Shown here: positions 25,299 through 38,462 of the stretch, in pieces | Layout of the letters: the number at the start of each line of letters is the position of its first letter | Position numbering within the stretch: the first letter of the stretch is position 1 | NCBI GenBank assembly: GCA_965603825.1 | Contig: CBFDEM010000018.1 | Location: 62,001-126,000, forward strand | Direction: 5' to 3' | DNA length: 64,000 bases | Origin: Blepharisma stoltei ATCC 30299 | Lineage: Eukaryota > Protista > Ciliophora | Notes under the pieces: generated by a model | What the model saw: only the letters and a program-made list of their open reading frames with translations | What the model was told of the DNA's origin: nothing | The model's database searches: none | Position numbers and translations under genes: made by a program

Positions 25299-25923
25299 GT
25301 CTTAACTTTTTTTTATTAAAATTCTCCAAAGAATTTGCTTTAATAGCTTGCGTTATAAACTTTGCTTTTTAAATTAAATTAAGTTTAATTAAAAAATCCT
25401 AAAAATTTTTTTAATTTCCATAATAAAGAGACCTGATAATAAATTTCAATTAAAAGACCATTCGCTCAAGAAAAAAATAGTTGTAGCTTTATTACCTATA
25501 AGGCATCTATCAAATTTTTATCCTTACTTTATAATCCCACAAAAGCTGATTTAAATGAGCTTTTTCATTATAGCTTATACAGTATTTAGCTTTGCATCTA
25601 AAAGCCTTTAATTTTCACAATTGAAGTTGCTTTAGAATCGTTCTTGAAGTGGCCATAATTACCTAATAAGATTAAAGCGTTGTTGAAATAAAATTTTAAC
25701 TGTTCTCTGACATTTGATTCTGATTCTTTCCATTTTTAATTGCTAGATTTCCGAACTAATGCAAAATAAAAAATCAAATTTTTGCATAAATGGAAGCTCC
25801 TTGTCTGATATTCAGGAAGTAGTGGAATTAATAATAGTCTCACTATCTATTAGCTTCAATATGAAACAATCTGGAATCCAAAAAACTCCAAATTCCTTAT
25901 TGTTATTTATCTTAAAATTTAAT

Positions 25924-26868
25924 TTAATTATACTTTGCTTCTTCCTCAGGCATCATCTGAAATAAATCATCAGCTATTTCCATAACTTTAAGAGACCTAT
26001 TATGAATGTCAATGCTTTCTAGCATTTCCATCATACTCTCATCAATTAATTTCTGCGCATTTTTTTCAATTACTTCATCATTACTGTCCTATTTAGTTTT
26101 TACCAGAATTAAATCAATTAAGTGCTCCAAGAGCCTACACAAAATTTCATCAGAGTCCCCATCTCTAATAAGCAGCTGTATCAAATCATGTGCTCCTTTA
26201 TTTTTAAAAAAAATTGACTGTGCAATCTCATTCCCTTTATAAATTCTCGCACAAGTAGCAGCTGACAAAAGCCTTAACTGCTTAGTTTGACAGGAAAGAA
26301 AAGGTATTAAATTTTGTAAAATATTTTTTGAAATTAATTCATGTTTCAGCTCATTTGTGGTATTATCAAGAGAATGATAAAGAAATAAAAAAGAAAAATC
26401 TCTTTGGTCTTCTGTCCCAGATTTTATGCTTAAAATAAGGTGATCTTGGATATTTTTCAGAATTTCTTGCACTGATGAAGGATCATCTCAGGCAGCTTCT
26501 GCTAAATAAGCTAATGCTAAACTTCCTATTGTTTCCGGGGATTTTGCTCAGCTTTGCCTTATTTTCAGCTCATTTTGATCTATTTTGTCGGTAACGTAAA
26601 CTCATTTAGAAATTTCTAGTCATTTTGTATCAGCTTTTAAGGTGTTTAGTGCGAATAGTTGAGAGTCTTCTTTTGGAGCGGCTTCTGGGTCTGTGTTTTC
26701 TTTTTGCATTCTTATTGGAGATTGAGTGGCCGATTGTACAACGAAATCTTGAGACAGCATAGCTTCTACGTTAATATTTCTTCTAATTTTCCTAGACTTA
26801 TAATTTGAGCGCTTTTGAGGAGGCTTGTCTGTCTCTTGGGATGCTTCTCGACCTTCACAACAGCCCAT
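25924..26868 (-). CDS. N-acylated (MGCC) armadillo-like protein; 4 TGA and 1 intron
   Basis: ATG 26868. Four TGA=Trp codons between 26622 and about 26488, intron 26089-26103, TAA 25924. Helical ARM-like segment. Confidence 0.8.
26089..26103 (-). other. 15-nt intron (gtaaaaactaaatag)
   Basis: GT..AG, A10, in-frame TAG. The frame stays open for about 54 codons after removal. Confidence 0.85.
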
Positions 26869-27205
26869 ATACAATTTTTAAATAATTAATTAGCAATAAA
26901 AACGGATTTGACAGAGATAAAATTTTGTTATGAATTAATGATTTTTTGCTGCTTTGTGAATCTTTTGATAATTAATGGGATTATTTGAAGCTGGAAATAC
27001 CAAAAAAGGCTCATAAATTATAAAGAACATTAATAAATTATATAAAACTTACTATAGAATACAGCGATTTTTGAGCTATTACAGAAGGCGGCTAGACTAT
27101 TTTCTACTAATATAAATTTTTATTGGCATTGCTTTAGGCTTTTCTAGCATTTTTGTTTCATATTTACCAAGATTTATAGAATCAATATCCATTTCTATAA
27201 AAATA

Positions 27206-28036
27206 ATGTCGGAGACCAAAAGTCTTAATTGTTATGATGCACTCTCAAATGATAGCTCAGCACTCTTCAATTCAATAAATAGCAGCACAGAGCTTAGTGC
27301 ATCCCATCCATCAGACGAAATCTCAGCTTCTGGCTGCTGCTTTTCATCTTTTTCCTACAATGAAAATTTCGATCCAAACACAAAAAAGGCAGGAAGAAGA
27401 ACTGGTGACGACACCATAATTCTGAGTCTTTTTTCTAGAGAGAAAAATAATAGGCCACCTAAAAAGGAATATCTGAGATGCCAACTTATCAGAGGCCACA
27501 AGCGAATGATAAGAAATTTAGGAAGTGACATAATCCCAAGGAAAACTTTAAATAAAGCAAAAATCTGCAGAGAAATCTTTGAAACTTATAACAAGCTGAA
27601 AATTTGCTATGAAAAAAATAAAGAAGTGCTAAACAGAGCTTGCCAAACAATAAATGGGCCTAAAACAGATGGACAAGCCAAGAGACAGAAAATTAAAGAA
27701 GATCGTGATATAAGTCGAAGCTATAATAATAAGTACTGCAAGTCATATTTTGAGTCCTCTGAGGTGAGAGAAAGCTATCAGCTATATATAGATTATTTAT
27801 TTGCAAATGCTGGCCCTAGCGAGCTTTCAAAGAAATTCAAGTTTTCTTGCTGCAAGTCAGAAAAGCATAATGATGAGTGTATAATAAAATGAAATATCCT
27901 GAGACATTATGTGAGCTTAAAAATGATCCAAGATTTAGGAGTTCGACCGTGGCAGTATTGCGATGTGACAGTTGTCAACCAAGAAGAGGAAGGTATTAGT
28001 CAAGAAAATTTGAAAATAAGCATCTTGACTGATTAG
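27206..28036 (+). CDS. Hypothetical protein
   Basis: Track ORF extends through TGA 27890 to TAG 28034-28036. Confidence 0.78.
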
Positions 28037-28189
28037 AAAACAAATGGAATTATCGAAATTCATTGATAGGAATAGAAGTCAAATGGTGAGCGCATAAGTG
28101 TTAATTAATATTACAAACTTTTTATGAAATTGGCTTATGCTAAGATAAATTGTAAGAACCCTTCTATAATGTAATTTTCTGGTCTCTCA

Positions 28190-28465
28190 AATGAGGCTTG
28201 ATTTCCCTTTGGTGAATTTATCAAGCTATGTCAAAGAAGCGGACTGAGTGGTTTTTCCTTTCGGAATCTTGGCCATAGGAATCGAAATTTCCAGAAGCGA
28301 AGAAGTTAGAGACTGGGACATTTAGAGTGCTTGACAAACCCAAATAGGTTGCCTGAGCTGGAGTTATCGAAGGTCAAATCCTAAGGCCGGCTTCTCTTTG
28401 TAGACAAATTCAAAGTGGCCACACTTTGGCGCCATGGTAGCGAGCAACCTGATAGTAGACATTAT
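28190..28465. ncRNA. Candidate structured non-coding RNA (unidentified)
   Basis: GC-richer than flanks, no convincing ORF, several stems: 28196-28202/28220-28226, 28411-28428 hairpin, 28346-28352/28444-28450, and minus-strand TTCC-GAAA-GGAA. Confidence 0.4.
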
Positions 28466-28526
28466 ATATAATAAATCTAACTAAATTGATTCATAATTAA
28501 TTTAAAAACTAATAAATATAAATAAA

Positions 28527-29819
28527 ATGAAAAATCAACAATTCAACCCTAGGGTTTCTATGATCATCAATCAAAGAAACCTACAATCTCAAAATTCTTT
28601 TAAACAATGACGAGCATGCGAAACAATCCACACCATTTTTGCCATAGCAGGGCTTATTCTGGCAGGAATTGACTACGAAATAAATTATTCTTCTTTTCGA
28701 ACAGCATCAAATTGCCTAGAAAACAGCACAGCTGATGAATTTTTTAGGCTCATCATTACATTTGCTACATTGGTGTCTATTTTCTTTTTATTGCTCAGGT
28801 ATTTCATTAAAAATAGCTGAGAGGAAGACCTTGAGTATGAAAAACATAACCTTCCAATCAGACAATCACAGATTCTAATTGATGAAGAAGATGAATGAAA
28901 TAAAAAGCAAAATTTTAAATTTCCAGGAATTTTGTGCCTGGAAATCTTATTATTATTAGTTTTTCCATACCCAAATGTTTATTGGAAATTTTATGTTCCA
29001 TTGAGGTATAATTTTGAGACTTATCAAACTTGTTATACACTGCTTGAAGTGACTTATTTTATTATGCATTTTCGATGCATTTTTTTACTTCGAGCACTCG
29101 CAAACTATTCTCCTTATGAAAATTATTTAGCCAGGCTTTATTGCAAAAAGCATAATGTTAGCCCTGATATTAATTTTTCTTTTAAATGTATTTTTAGAAA
29201 AGCTCCAATTATTTGGACTATCATTGCAATCCAAATTCCAACGATTTTTTTGCTTGGAACAACTCTTAGGGTGATTGAAAGGCCACTTTCTAATATAACA
29301 GAGCAAGATTTTGCTAACCCATGAACTGCATGGTACTTAATTTTCTGTATGATGGCAATTCTTGGTTTTGGGCCTGTTTGGCCGTTTACTGTTTATGGGA
29401 GGTTTATTGGCTGTATTCTTGGCTACGCAATAGGGAGGTTTGGGTTTACTATGCTCTTTTATAAGTCAGAAAAGTCTATAGTGTTTGATGAAAAGCAGCA
29501 TCAAGCTTTTATAAGTATTTTAGGCACATCTGCTGCTGCCACTGTGATACAGAATGGAATGAGATATATGATATCAAGGAAAAAAAGAGGGCCTGAGCAT
29601 CCAATGACTGTTGATTACTTTTGGAAATTAAAGACCGCGATATTGGAGTTTAAAGATAAAAAAGATGAAGTAAGGGTCCTTGATAATACACAGGATAAAA
29701 TCGCAAGGGATTTAAGACAGTCTATTAAAAATATTGATGCTAAATTGGATAGATCAATTAAGCAAGCAGAGAAGTTATTAAGAGCGCCTATTGAAAAGAA
29801 AATTGCGCCTGATTCTTAG
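28527..29819 (+). CDS. SK-like (small-conductance Ca-activated K+) channel subunit with divergent pore
   Basis: ATG 28527, one frame with four TGA. EILLLLVFPYP, LRVIERP, pore region NPWTAWYLIFCMMAILGFGPVWPFTVYGR, AAATVIQ calmodulin-binding-like segment, coiled tail. Confidence 0.82.
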
Positions 29820-29866
29820 TTTTAAGATAAATCTTAATTACTCATTGAAATAATCAAAATTTTTAT

Positions 29867-30145
29867 TTATTTTGAAGTTTTATGTATTTTTCTAGGAGAA
29901 GGTTCAGAAATTTTGGAAGGGTTTTCACAAAAATCTTGAGTGGTAATAGGATGATGCAAAATAATGTTCTTTCCTTTTCTGTTGGCTTGATTTTCAAGAG
30001 CTGCTCCTAGGCTTGAAAGTTTTTTCTCAATTTTTACAATTTCATCGACCTTTTTGGTCTTCTTCTTTTCATTTCGTTTTTGAGCGGGCTGAGAGCCTCC
30101 AGTTTGCCAAGGTAAGACTCTTTTATTTTTGCTTTCTTCTGTCAT
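29867..30145 (-). CDS. Small basic hypothetical protein
   Basis: 92-aa ORF with AT-rich flanks, TAA stop. Confidence 0.6.
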   Translation of the reverse strand: MTEESKNKRVLPWQTGGSQPAQKRNEKKKTKKVDEIVKIEKKLSSLGAALENQANRKGKNIILHHPITTQDFCENPSKISEPSPRKIHKTSK

Positions 30146-30517
30146 TCTTATTGATGTAGTCTAATTATAAAATATTTATATAAAGCTTTCCCATTTATTT
30201 CGGATTTAATTTCTAATTTCATTAGCAAATCATATTATATCACTTAAAAACCTTTATTTATTCCTTGCAATTATGCAAAAAAATCTGAAGTGGAAAGGTA
30301 GATTTTCGTAAATTTTTATTATATTTTTATAGAATTTACCAATATCCTAGCAATAAATAGTAATTTTAATTTAAATATATTACTTGAATACAGTTTGGCT
30401 TATATTTAAAACTTATCAATATATTTAATCATGTCACTATTAAACAGAATTAACGGCTACTAGGTCCACATATAATCCCTCTCAATTTTCTTTATTTTTA
30501 TCTACGTCATTAATAAA

Positions 30518-31198
30518 ATGGACAAACTTATCGCCTTCAGCAACAAAACAGAAGGCAGAGATAAATTTTGCAAGGTCGTGCAATATGGAAGCAGAATGTT
30601 AAAGGCTATGCTCGCCCATCCAGGAACTAAAGAAAGGCTTCAAGGTCTTTTCGCAGCAAGCAGAGATGCTAGAAAAATTTTCCGTCTTTGGAAAAGTGTC
30701 CATGAATATGATTCTATGGTTAAACTTCTTCAAAATGCTGGATTAGATAATACTCAGCGTGCCCTTCAATTTTTATCTCGTTTGGCTTTCTTTTTCTATT
30801 GACTTTTTGATAACTTAGCAATTTTATCCCAAATCAAATTCATAAAGAGAAACACTCCAAAATTGACGAAATCAGCTATGACCTGCTGGTTCATTGCTTT
30901 AGTTTTTACTTTAATCAACCTTCTAAGAAACTTAGCTATAAACCTCTCTAGAGACGCAAAATTCAAGCTGCCATCAACTGACCAAAATGCTGCTACAACT
31001 AAACAGACACTTGATGCATTAAAAGGTGCAAGAAGTCAAATTTATATTAATCTTGTAAAGACCCTAGGAGACATGATTCCTGCTGCTTCAGGGGCACAAG
31101 TTCCAATGAAAATTTTAGGAAAAAATTTCTCAGAAAAATGGATTGGCTTTGGTGGACTTGTTTCAGCCTTAATTTCATGCTATCAGGCTTGGCCTTAA
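30518..31198 (+). CDS. PEX11: Peroxisomal biogenesis factor 11
   Basis: TEGRDKFCKVVQY, ARKIFRL, FFY(TGA 30800)LFDN, GLVSALISCYQAW. Confidence 0.92.
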
Positions 31199-31542
31199 TT
31201 AACTAGCTAGTAGAAATAAGATAATTGTTAATTTTTTGATTTGCATAATAAGACGAAATTAAATAAGACACTCCAGCATTTGTATATAAATCTGGATTTT
31301 TTGAAATTTTATATATTATATTGATAGTATTACTCTGATAATAATTCCCACCTTTAAAAATCATCAGGTTTTGTAAAATAAATTCTTTTATTATATCTTT
31401 TTTACCAATCCCAAAAGAAGCGTATCAATTCTCATAAAAATAACCCTTATAAGGTTATCTATTCTATATTAACATTAATCTTCACCAGTCTTAAAATTAT
31501 AATAAATATGATCAGTTATGCTTTATCATAATTAAATAAAAT

Positions 31543-34500
31543 ATGACAACAAAAGATCATGAAGATGCATCAATTATAAGAATCCAAAAGTTAATCCGAG
31601 GGACTTTAGCTAGAAAATCATTACTAGTCACAATGCCAGAGTATTCAGCCTTTATTTTTCGAAAAAGAAACAGAGAAAATTACGGACCGAAAATCATGTA
31701 TGATTCAAACATGATTTTTGACGATTTTGCAAATGAATTAAGACGGTATAAATTAAAAAACACAGCCAAACCTCCAGGTATTTCTAATTCTAAAATTGAG
31801 AAAAAAGCAGAGGACAGTAAAGATTCTGAGAAAAAGTCTGAGGAAGATGTGACAATAAATGAGCCAGAAGTAAAAGAAAATCCGGGACAGGATGAAAAAA
31901 TTGTAAATAAGGAAGAAAATTTTAAAGAAAATTTAGAGGAGAAAAAAATTGAGAATAATGAAAGCAGAGAGATGGTAGAGAAGAATGAAAAACCAAATCC
32001 TGATTATTTAAATTTGGATAAGCTGAATGAGATTGATAAGAAGAGTATTCAAGGAATAAGTGTCAGAGCTGATTATAGCCCAGATTCTTCACGAAGAGAT
32101 AGTGTAACAAGCGATATAGATGGAGATATCAGCCCTGAGCTTAGCAAAGATATTAGTGCTGGAGATGTAAATACTTCACGACACAAAGATATTCTTAATA
32201 GTGATATAGAAGGCATAAGTGATATAGAAAAAGAAGAAATTGGCACAATAATCCATGATAAATCCCAAGATCAAATAAATGAAAATGAGTTAGGTGGACG
32301 AAATTCTGGTTCTGATAAAGAAGAAAACTCAGATTTATATATAAAAGAAGCAACGGAAAATAGTCAAAATAAAGAAACAGAAAATCTGAAAGAAATGCAA
32401 ACTTATGATGAAAAGTCTGAAAATAAAATTAGTGGAATTATAAATGAAAAAGATGGGACGCCTAATGCAGAAAATTTACAAAAAAATATTCAGATTGATC
32501 AAGTGGAAAAGGAGATTGGAGGTGAAGAAGAAATTGCTAATGGGGAAGAAATAGAAGAAAATGGACAAAATGAAAATAGCTTGATAAAAGAAGAAAAATC
32601 AGATATAGTGCACAAAAATAATCAAGATATAGCATTAGATTATATTCCGGAAAATTCTTGTAAAGATTCAGCAGAAGAAGAAAAAATTAAAATAAATGAG
32701 GAAAATACTGTCACAAAAGAAGATAATTCTGAAGATACTTCAGAAAGACTTAAAAATAAGGATTTAGTGGAGTTTCAAAATAAAGAGCAGCAAAGCCAGT
32801 CTAAAGAAGAATCCAGTCAAGAGGAAGATAAAGCCTCTAATCTCTTAGAAGAAAAGCAAGATCTTAATAAAAATCAACTTCAAAATGAAACTTCTCAGGT
32901 TGCTAATAAAATAGAAATCTGTGAAAATGTTGAAAAAGAAGAAGCAGCAAAAGCTGCTATAAATGGCCCAGAAAAAGAAATTGCTAAAATAGATAGTATT
33001 CAAGAAAATGCAAATAGAAAAAAAAGCTTGGCTTCTATGAGAAAAAATGAAGAAGAAAAAGTTTTGATAACTAATAAAGATATTCTCAAAGATAATCAGA
33101 ATACCAAAAAAGCCGAAGAAGAAATCTATAAACATGAAAAAGTTGGAGTAAATAAGGATTCTCCAAAAGAAAATAACTCAGGGAGCTCTTTGGAAAATAA
33201 AAATAAAGAAGTTGAAAACCCTTCAGAAAAAGAAATTTTGAAGGAAAATCAAGGAAACAGTAGTGAAGTTCCAGAAGTCCAGCAAAACCCTACAGAAATC
33301 AAATTAATCCATGAAAACACAAAAACAGCTATCATAACTCTAGAGGTTCAAAGCGAAAGGAATTCTGATTCACTTGAGAAAGTTAAAGCAGACCAGCCAA
33401 TAAAGAATGATGCCGAATTTAACCTAGAAAAAGCCAATCTCAGCAATTCATTTAGAGATTCTCCTGCTCGAAAAATAGAGCCGAACTTGGAAGAAGCAAA
33501 GGAAAATAGTCCAGCATCTTCTAAAGTTATAGCACAAGAAATAATTAAAGATGATAAAAGCAGCAGCCAGAATAATGCTGATAAAACAGATGGACAACAA
33601 ATAGTTGAAAATCCTATAGATTCTGACTCAATTGTAAAACAAGAAGCGGAAAAGCTTATTCGGAAGAATTCAATGAAGTCAAGCACCCCAAACAATTTTG
33701 AAGATAGCAAAATAGATATTAAAAATGAGCAAAAAGTTATGCCTGAAAATGATACCAATAAATCTCAAGAACCTTTAGCAGGCATAGATAATTCAGAAAA
33801 TGGCCAGGATAAATCAAAAAATAATACTGCAGAGATTTCAGCAGAATTTCCAATAAAAAATGAATTAATACTTGCTAAGAAAGAAAGTAATACAGAGAAA
33901 ATAATAAAAGAAGAAGATACGTCAAATTATTTTGAGAAAGAATATGATTCTACCCAAAAAATACCAGAAGATTTTGCAAGGCTAAAAGATAAAGAAAATG
34001 AAGAAAAGCCATCAAAAATTATTAAGCAAGATACACAAAGAAGTGAGAAAGTTAAAAGATACCCTGATAATTCAGAAGTAAGTAAAAATGAAATTGACCC
34101 AGAAGAAAAAGAGTTAGAAAAAAATTATGACAAAGAAGACTATAAAGTCGCAGAGAATAGTGAAAAAGAGAAAGTTCAAAGACAAGAGGATCAAAGCATC
34201 TATGAAAAAATTAACCTAGACTCAAAAAGCCCAAGAAAAAAATCGATCAAAGCAAATATTAGTATTACAGAAAATAAGTCTAAGCAAGAAAGAGATCAAA
34301 CTATAGCTCCAAAGTACTATATGCCAGCTCTTATTAGCGGAATTAAGCCAGAAGTAGTCCCAGAAAATCGCAAAGAATTTAATACTACCGATCACATTAT
34401 AAATCACAAGCCAGAAGAAGCTTCAGAAAACCCCCCTGCAGCAGAAAATAAAATTCGAGCAAACAGCGATAATTTTCAAAATCCACCCTCAAAAAAATTC

Positions 34501-35649
34501 GATTCCCCCAGCAAGCAGCCTTTTCATCGGAATTTTCAGAAAAAAAGTGAACGAAAAGCAGATAACACAGATAAAAAAGATAAGAAAATTAATTCACAAA
34601 CAAGCAAGCCTTCAAAATCACATGAATTAGAAGAAGGAAAAGGGCTTACTCTGGAGCATAATAAAAACTTAGAAAAAATTATTGGCAGTGATATTTTTGC
34701 TGACCAAGATTTTCAAAATCAAAATCCACTTTTTAATCCGCCTCCACAAAGTGTGAAGCATCAAAAATCAAAGCCACCTCTTCCGAAAGAAGAAAAGAAT
34801 AGCTCTTTTTTGCAAGAAGAATTAAAAGATCTAAAAAAACTTCCATCAAATAAATCTCACCAAACTCCTGCTTTTTCAATATATTCAGATGGAAGTTCTT
34901 ATTTGTCTGATAAAAGTATCAATGTGATTAGCAGTAGAGTTACACCTATACAAAGTGCAATAAACTCACAAGATCCTATAAATCCTCTTTGAAGTCAGTC
35001 ACCTAATGATTTCTTACAAAAAGATCCTGATTCTATGCTAAGAAAAAACTTCTACCCAAACCAAGAGCTCCGAAGCAGTAAAAATCCAATTCTTCCACAT
35101 CTTGATCAAACTGCCACACTAACGAAAAAGCGCAGCCCAAAAAGTCAAGATTTTTTTGAAAATCATCCTCAAAAAATCCCAAGTGACACCACAAACTTTT
35201 CTTCTACTCCAGCCAAATTCAAGTCAAAATCCCTAAACCAAACCCATTACCATGCAAATCCTTATAACAACGAGCCTGCCGACCTAAATTTTGACCCAAG
35301 TATATACAAAACCAAAAAATCTAAAACAAAAAACAGCAAAGAACTAGACGACTTAACAAATCCAAAAACAGCTGGACAGTCCAAAAAGTCAACTTCTTAT
35401 GGAAAATATAGGTTCCAATATAATCTTCAGCCAAAAAGTACCACAAATGTGCTAGTTTTAGATAAAGGGAGTCCTTATGAGCTTGAAAAAGGGATGAAAA
35501 TGCTACAAGAATTTTTTGGGGTAAAAGTAGACATTGTGGATAATAACCACAAAAAGAAGATAAGAATTATCAAGCCAAAGCTGCAGAATATAAGGCTGCC
35601 TGCAATTAAAACAAAAAAAGTCATGAAAAAAGAAAATTTGATACTTTAA
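31543..35649 (+). CDS. Very large low-complexity E/K/N-rich disordered protein with N-terminal IQ motif
   Basis: IQKLIRGTLARK. Track ORFs 31543 and 35035 join through TGA 34990. Confidence 0.82.
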
Positions 35650-35737
35650 GCTGATAATTTTAATAATCATTTGCTTATGTTTACTATTGAGAAGAAAAAT
35701 ATTTATTAATTACTGATTGTATGGTTATATAATAAAT

Positions 35738-36295
35738 ATGTATGACACAGACATAGCATGGGTTGATACCTTCAGCATTATTTTAGCTGCCTGCTTTACA
35801 GCTGGGCTTGCTGAAACTATTAGTTGGTTTTTAATTTATAGGACAGATGATTACAAATCGCTTAAGAAAAACATTGAATCACTCTCAAAACAAGTAGAAA
35901 AAGAAAGAGAGAAAATTGTGGTCGCATCAAAGCAAAAAGCCCAGGAAAAGAAAGTGACTAAGTCAGAATCCATGCTAAAGAACATGAACCAACAGTTAAG
36001 CTCATCTAAAATGAAGTCGACCATGATTGTGGCTTTATTTATGATTGCATTCATTTCAACATTGAGCAGCACTTACCAAGGAGTTGTGGTGGCAAAGCTG
36101 CCTTTTGTGCCTTTTTCACTACTTCAGTCAATGACACACAGAAATTTGCCAGGAATTGACATGACAGATTGCTCAATGATTTTTATTTATGTGCTAACCT
36201 CATATTTGGTCAGGACAAACATTCAGAAGTATTTCGGATTTTCACCAAGAACTCCATTTAGTATGTGGGATCAGCCTGGTGCTCCTAAATATTAA
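35738..36295 (+). CDS. TMCO1: TMCO1 (DUF106/Oxa1 superfamily ER protein)
   Basis: SWFLIYRTDDYK, KMKS, GVVVAKLPFVPF..THRNLPG.D.TDCSMIFIYVL, RTNIQKYFGFSP. Confidence 0.93.
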   Translation: MYDTDIAWVDTFSIILAACFTAGLAETISWFLIYRTDDYKSLKKNIESLSKQVEKEREKIVVASKQKAQEKKVTKSESMLKNMNQQLSSSKMKSTMIVALFMIAFISTLSSTYQGVVVAKLPFVPFSLLQSMTHRNLPGIDMTDCSMIFIYVLTSYLVRTNIQKYFGFSPRTPFSMWDQPGAPKY

Positions 36296-36312
36296 TATAA
36301 TAATAAAGCAAA

Positions 36313-37500
36313 ATGGAAAATCTGCCTATTAGCTTGATTCCTCCTATACTCATTTATCTCGATACTGCCACAATCTTCAGAGATTTCGCCCGCATAAACA
36401 AATCATTTCTTTCAGCAACTAAATATATAGGGTTTTTACGTAGCTTAGTTCAACGAGATTTTTATATAAGCACACCTCTTTATCTCACAGAAAACTATTG
36501 TATCAAGCTTTTATCTGAAGGAATCAATGGATTTAAATTAGAATTACTAGAAAATTTAGACTTCAAAGGATTTTCTACAGACGGAGGAGTAGACGAAGAC
36601 AGCTTTTCTTTTTGATTTGAAAACCTCTTTCAGCGCTCTCAAAAAGGATACTGCTGCCACGAAAACAGAACCAACGTCAATATCGCTGCCGTTTTAGTTG
36701 ATTCTCAAAAGCAGCATATCGAATATTACCAATCAAAAAAAGAAGCAATAAAAATAATCAAAGAATGGCTGCACAAAAAAGGCAAAGACGTGCCCAATAA
36801 ATACGAAGACGCAGCATTTGCCGTATTTAAATACGTTTTTACAAATTTCCCATTAGAAGCCTTAGCAACTAATGAAGACTGTACATTTAAAGACAGAGTC
36901 AGAGAAATTTATTATAATTTAGAAATGAAAAATAAAGATGTGGAAAAAACAAGAAGGCATCCAAATAATCCATTTATTTTAGATATCCCTATAGATCGAC
37001 AAGGAGGTGATAATGAAAATTTTGTTTCCTGTATAAAGGGGCTCGATATTTCTAGAGAAGGGGGTTATACTTGTCCTGTCAAAACCATGATGATTTTTGT
37101 AAGCGAAAAATACATTGATGTTACTGATACGTGTCTGAGCGTTTTTGATAATTTATTTGATGAAAATAGCGTAAAAGGTTTGGTAGAGCAAGATTGAAGG
37201 CTAAAAACTTATGAAAAATGCCAATATGAAGGGTATGAAATTATTGAATTTATGCAGCTGAGTCAAGGACTTAAGCCAGTTATATGGGTGAATTTTTTAG
37301 AAAGTCCTAGAGTTGATAGCATTGAAGTAGAGCTGCAAGGGAAGTTTTCAGGAAATTATTTGTATGTTAAACTTATTTGTCCGGAAGATAGAAGAGAGGA
37401 AAGAGATTGGCTGCATGATAATATGAATATAGACAGCACGTGGGTACTTCCAAAAGGAAAAATAATTTCTTATAATGATAATTTAAGCTTAGTAGTTTAA
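36313..37500 (+). CDS. Hypothetical protein with F-box-like N-terminus
   Basis: MENLPISLIPPILIYLD. Track ORFs join through TGA 36613 and 37195. Confidence 0.78.
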
Positions 37501-37534
37501 TAATTTTATTTTTGTAGAAGTATTTACAGATAAT

Positions 37535-38308
37535 TTAGCCTAAAGAATTTTCCTCTTTATTAAATACCATTGACGCAGGATCTATATTATTAACCTCCTC
37601 TTCAGAGTCCTTTTTACGTTTTTTACTCTCTCTGCTTCTTCTCTTACCGCTTTTTCTTAATTTTCTCATCCTCCCTTCTCCTTTAATTCCTTTTGTCATT
37701 TCATAAAATTTTACCAATTTTTCTATCAAATCCCTATCCCGTTCATATTTTTCAGGCAAAAATTCTAAACATTCTTCAGCTCTTCTCCCAGTTAAGGCTT
37801 CTTTATGAAAAGCATCATTTAGTTCATTTTTAATGGTCCTTACCCTTTTCCATTCATCTAAATTAATATTAAAATTCTTTATGGCTTCTACAATAATTTT
37901 GTCCCTACGTTTTGAGCTAAGTCCTTGTGTTTCTAAATAATCCCTAAATTCAAAGACGTCCCCAATTTTGGAGGAAATGGAGTACTTATGCTTTAATTTG
38001 GAAGTAGCATAGTCACAGAGGGTTTCTATATATGTCCGAATAGAGGTGTTTATTTCATTTTTCCATTTTTCTTTGTTGTACATTTTTTTGAAGAGTTCTT
38101 TGTCAGTTTCTACAAGGGAAAGAATTTTGTCTTTTTTGGTAATGATGCTGGTGAGCTCTTTCATGCGACGATTTTGCTTTATGACGGTTTTGTAGAGCTC
38201 TTCTCAAGAGCTGTGCATGAGGTTGGCGTCTGAAATTTCGATTATTGAAGTTTCAGCTGCTTCGCTTTGGGATTGGGGCTTATCATCTAGAATTTCTAGG
38301 CATTCCAT
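37535..38308 (-). CDS. Hypothetical coiled-coil/basic protein
   Basis: ATG 38308 is in frame with track ORF 38164 through one TGA. Confidence 0.72.
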
Positions 38309-38462
38309 TTTAGGCTTCTTTAATAAATTATAGGCCCCTTCATGAAATTTTCATTAATATGGAGTAATTTTAAGTGTGCAAAACTCTTATTAATTATTTA
38401 GGATCTTAATTGCTAATATATTAATTATTATATAAATCGCTTAATTAATCATACAAATAAAT

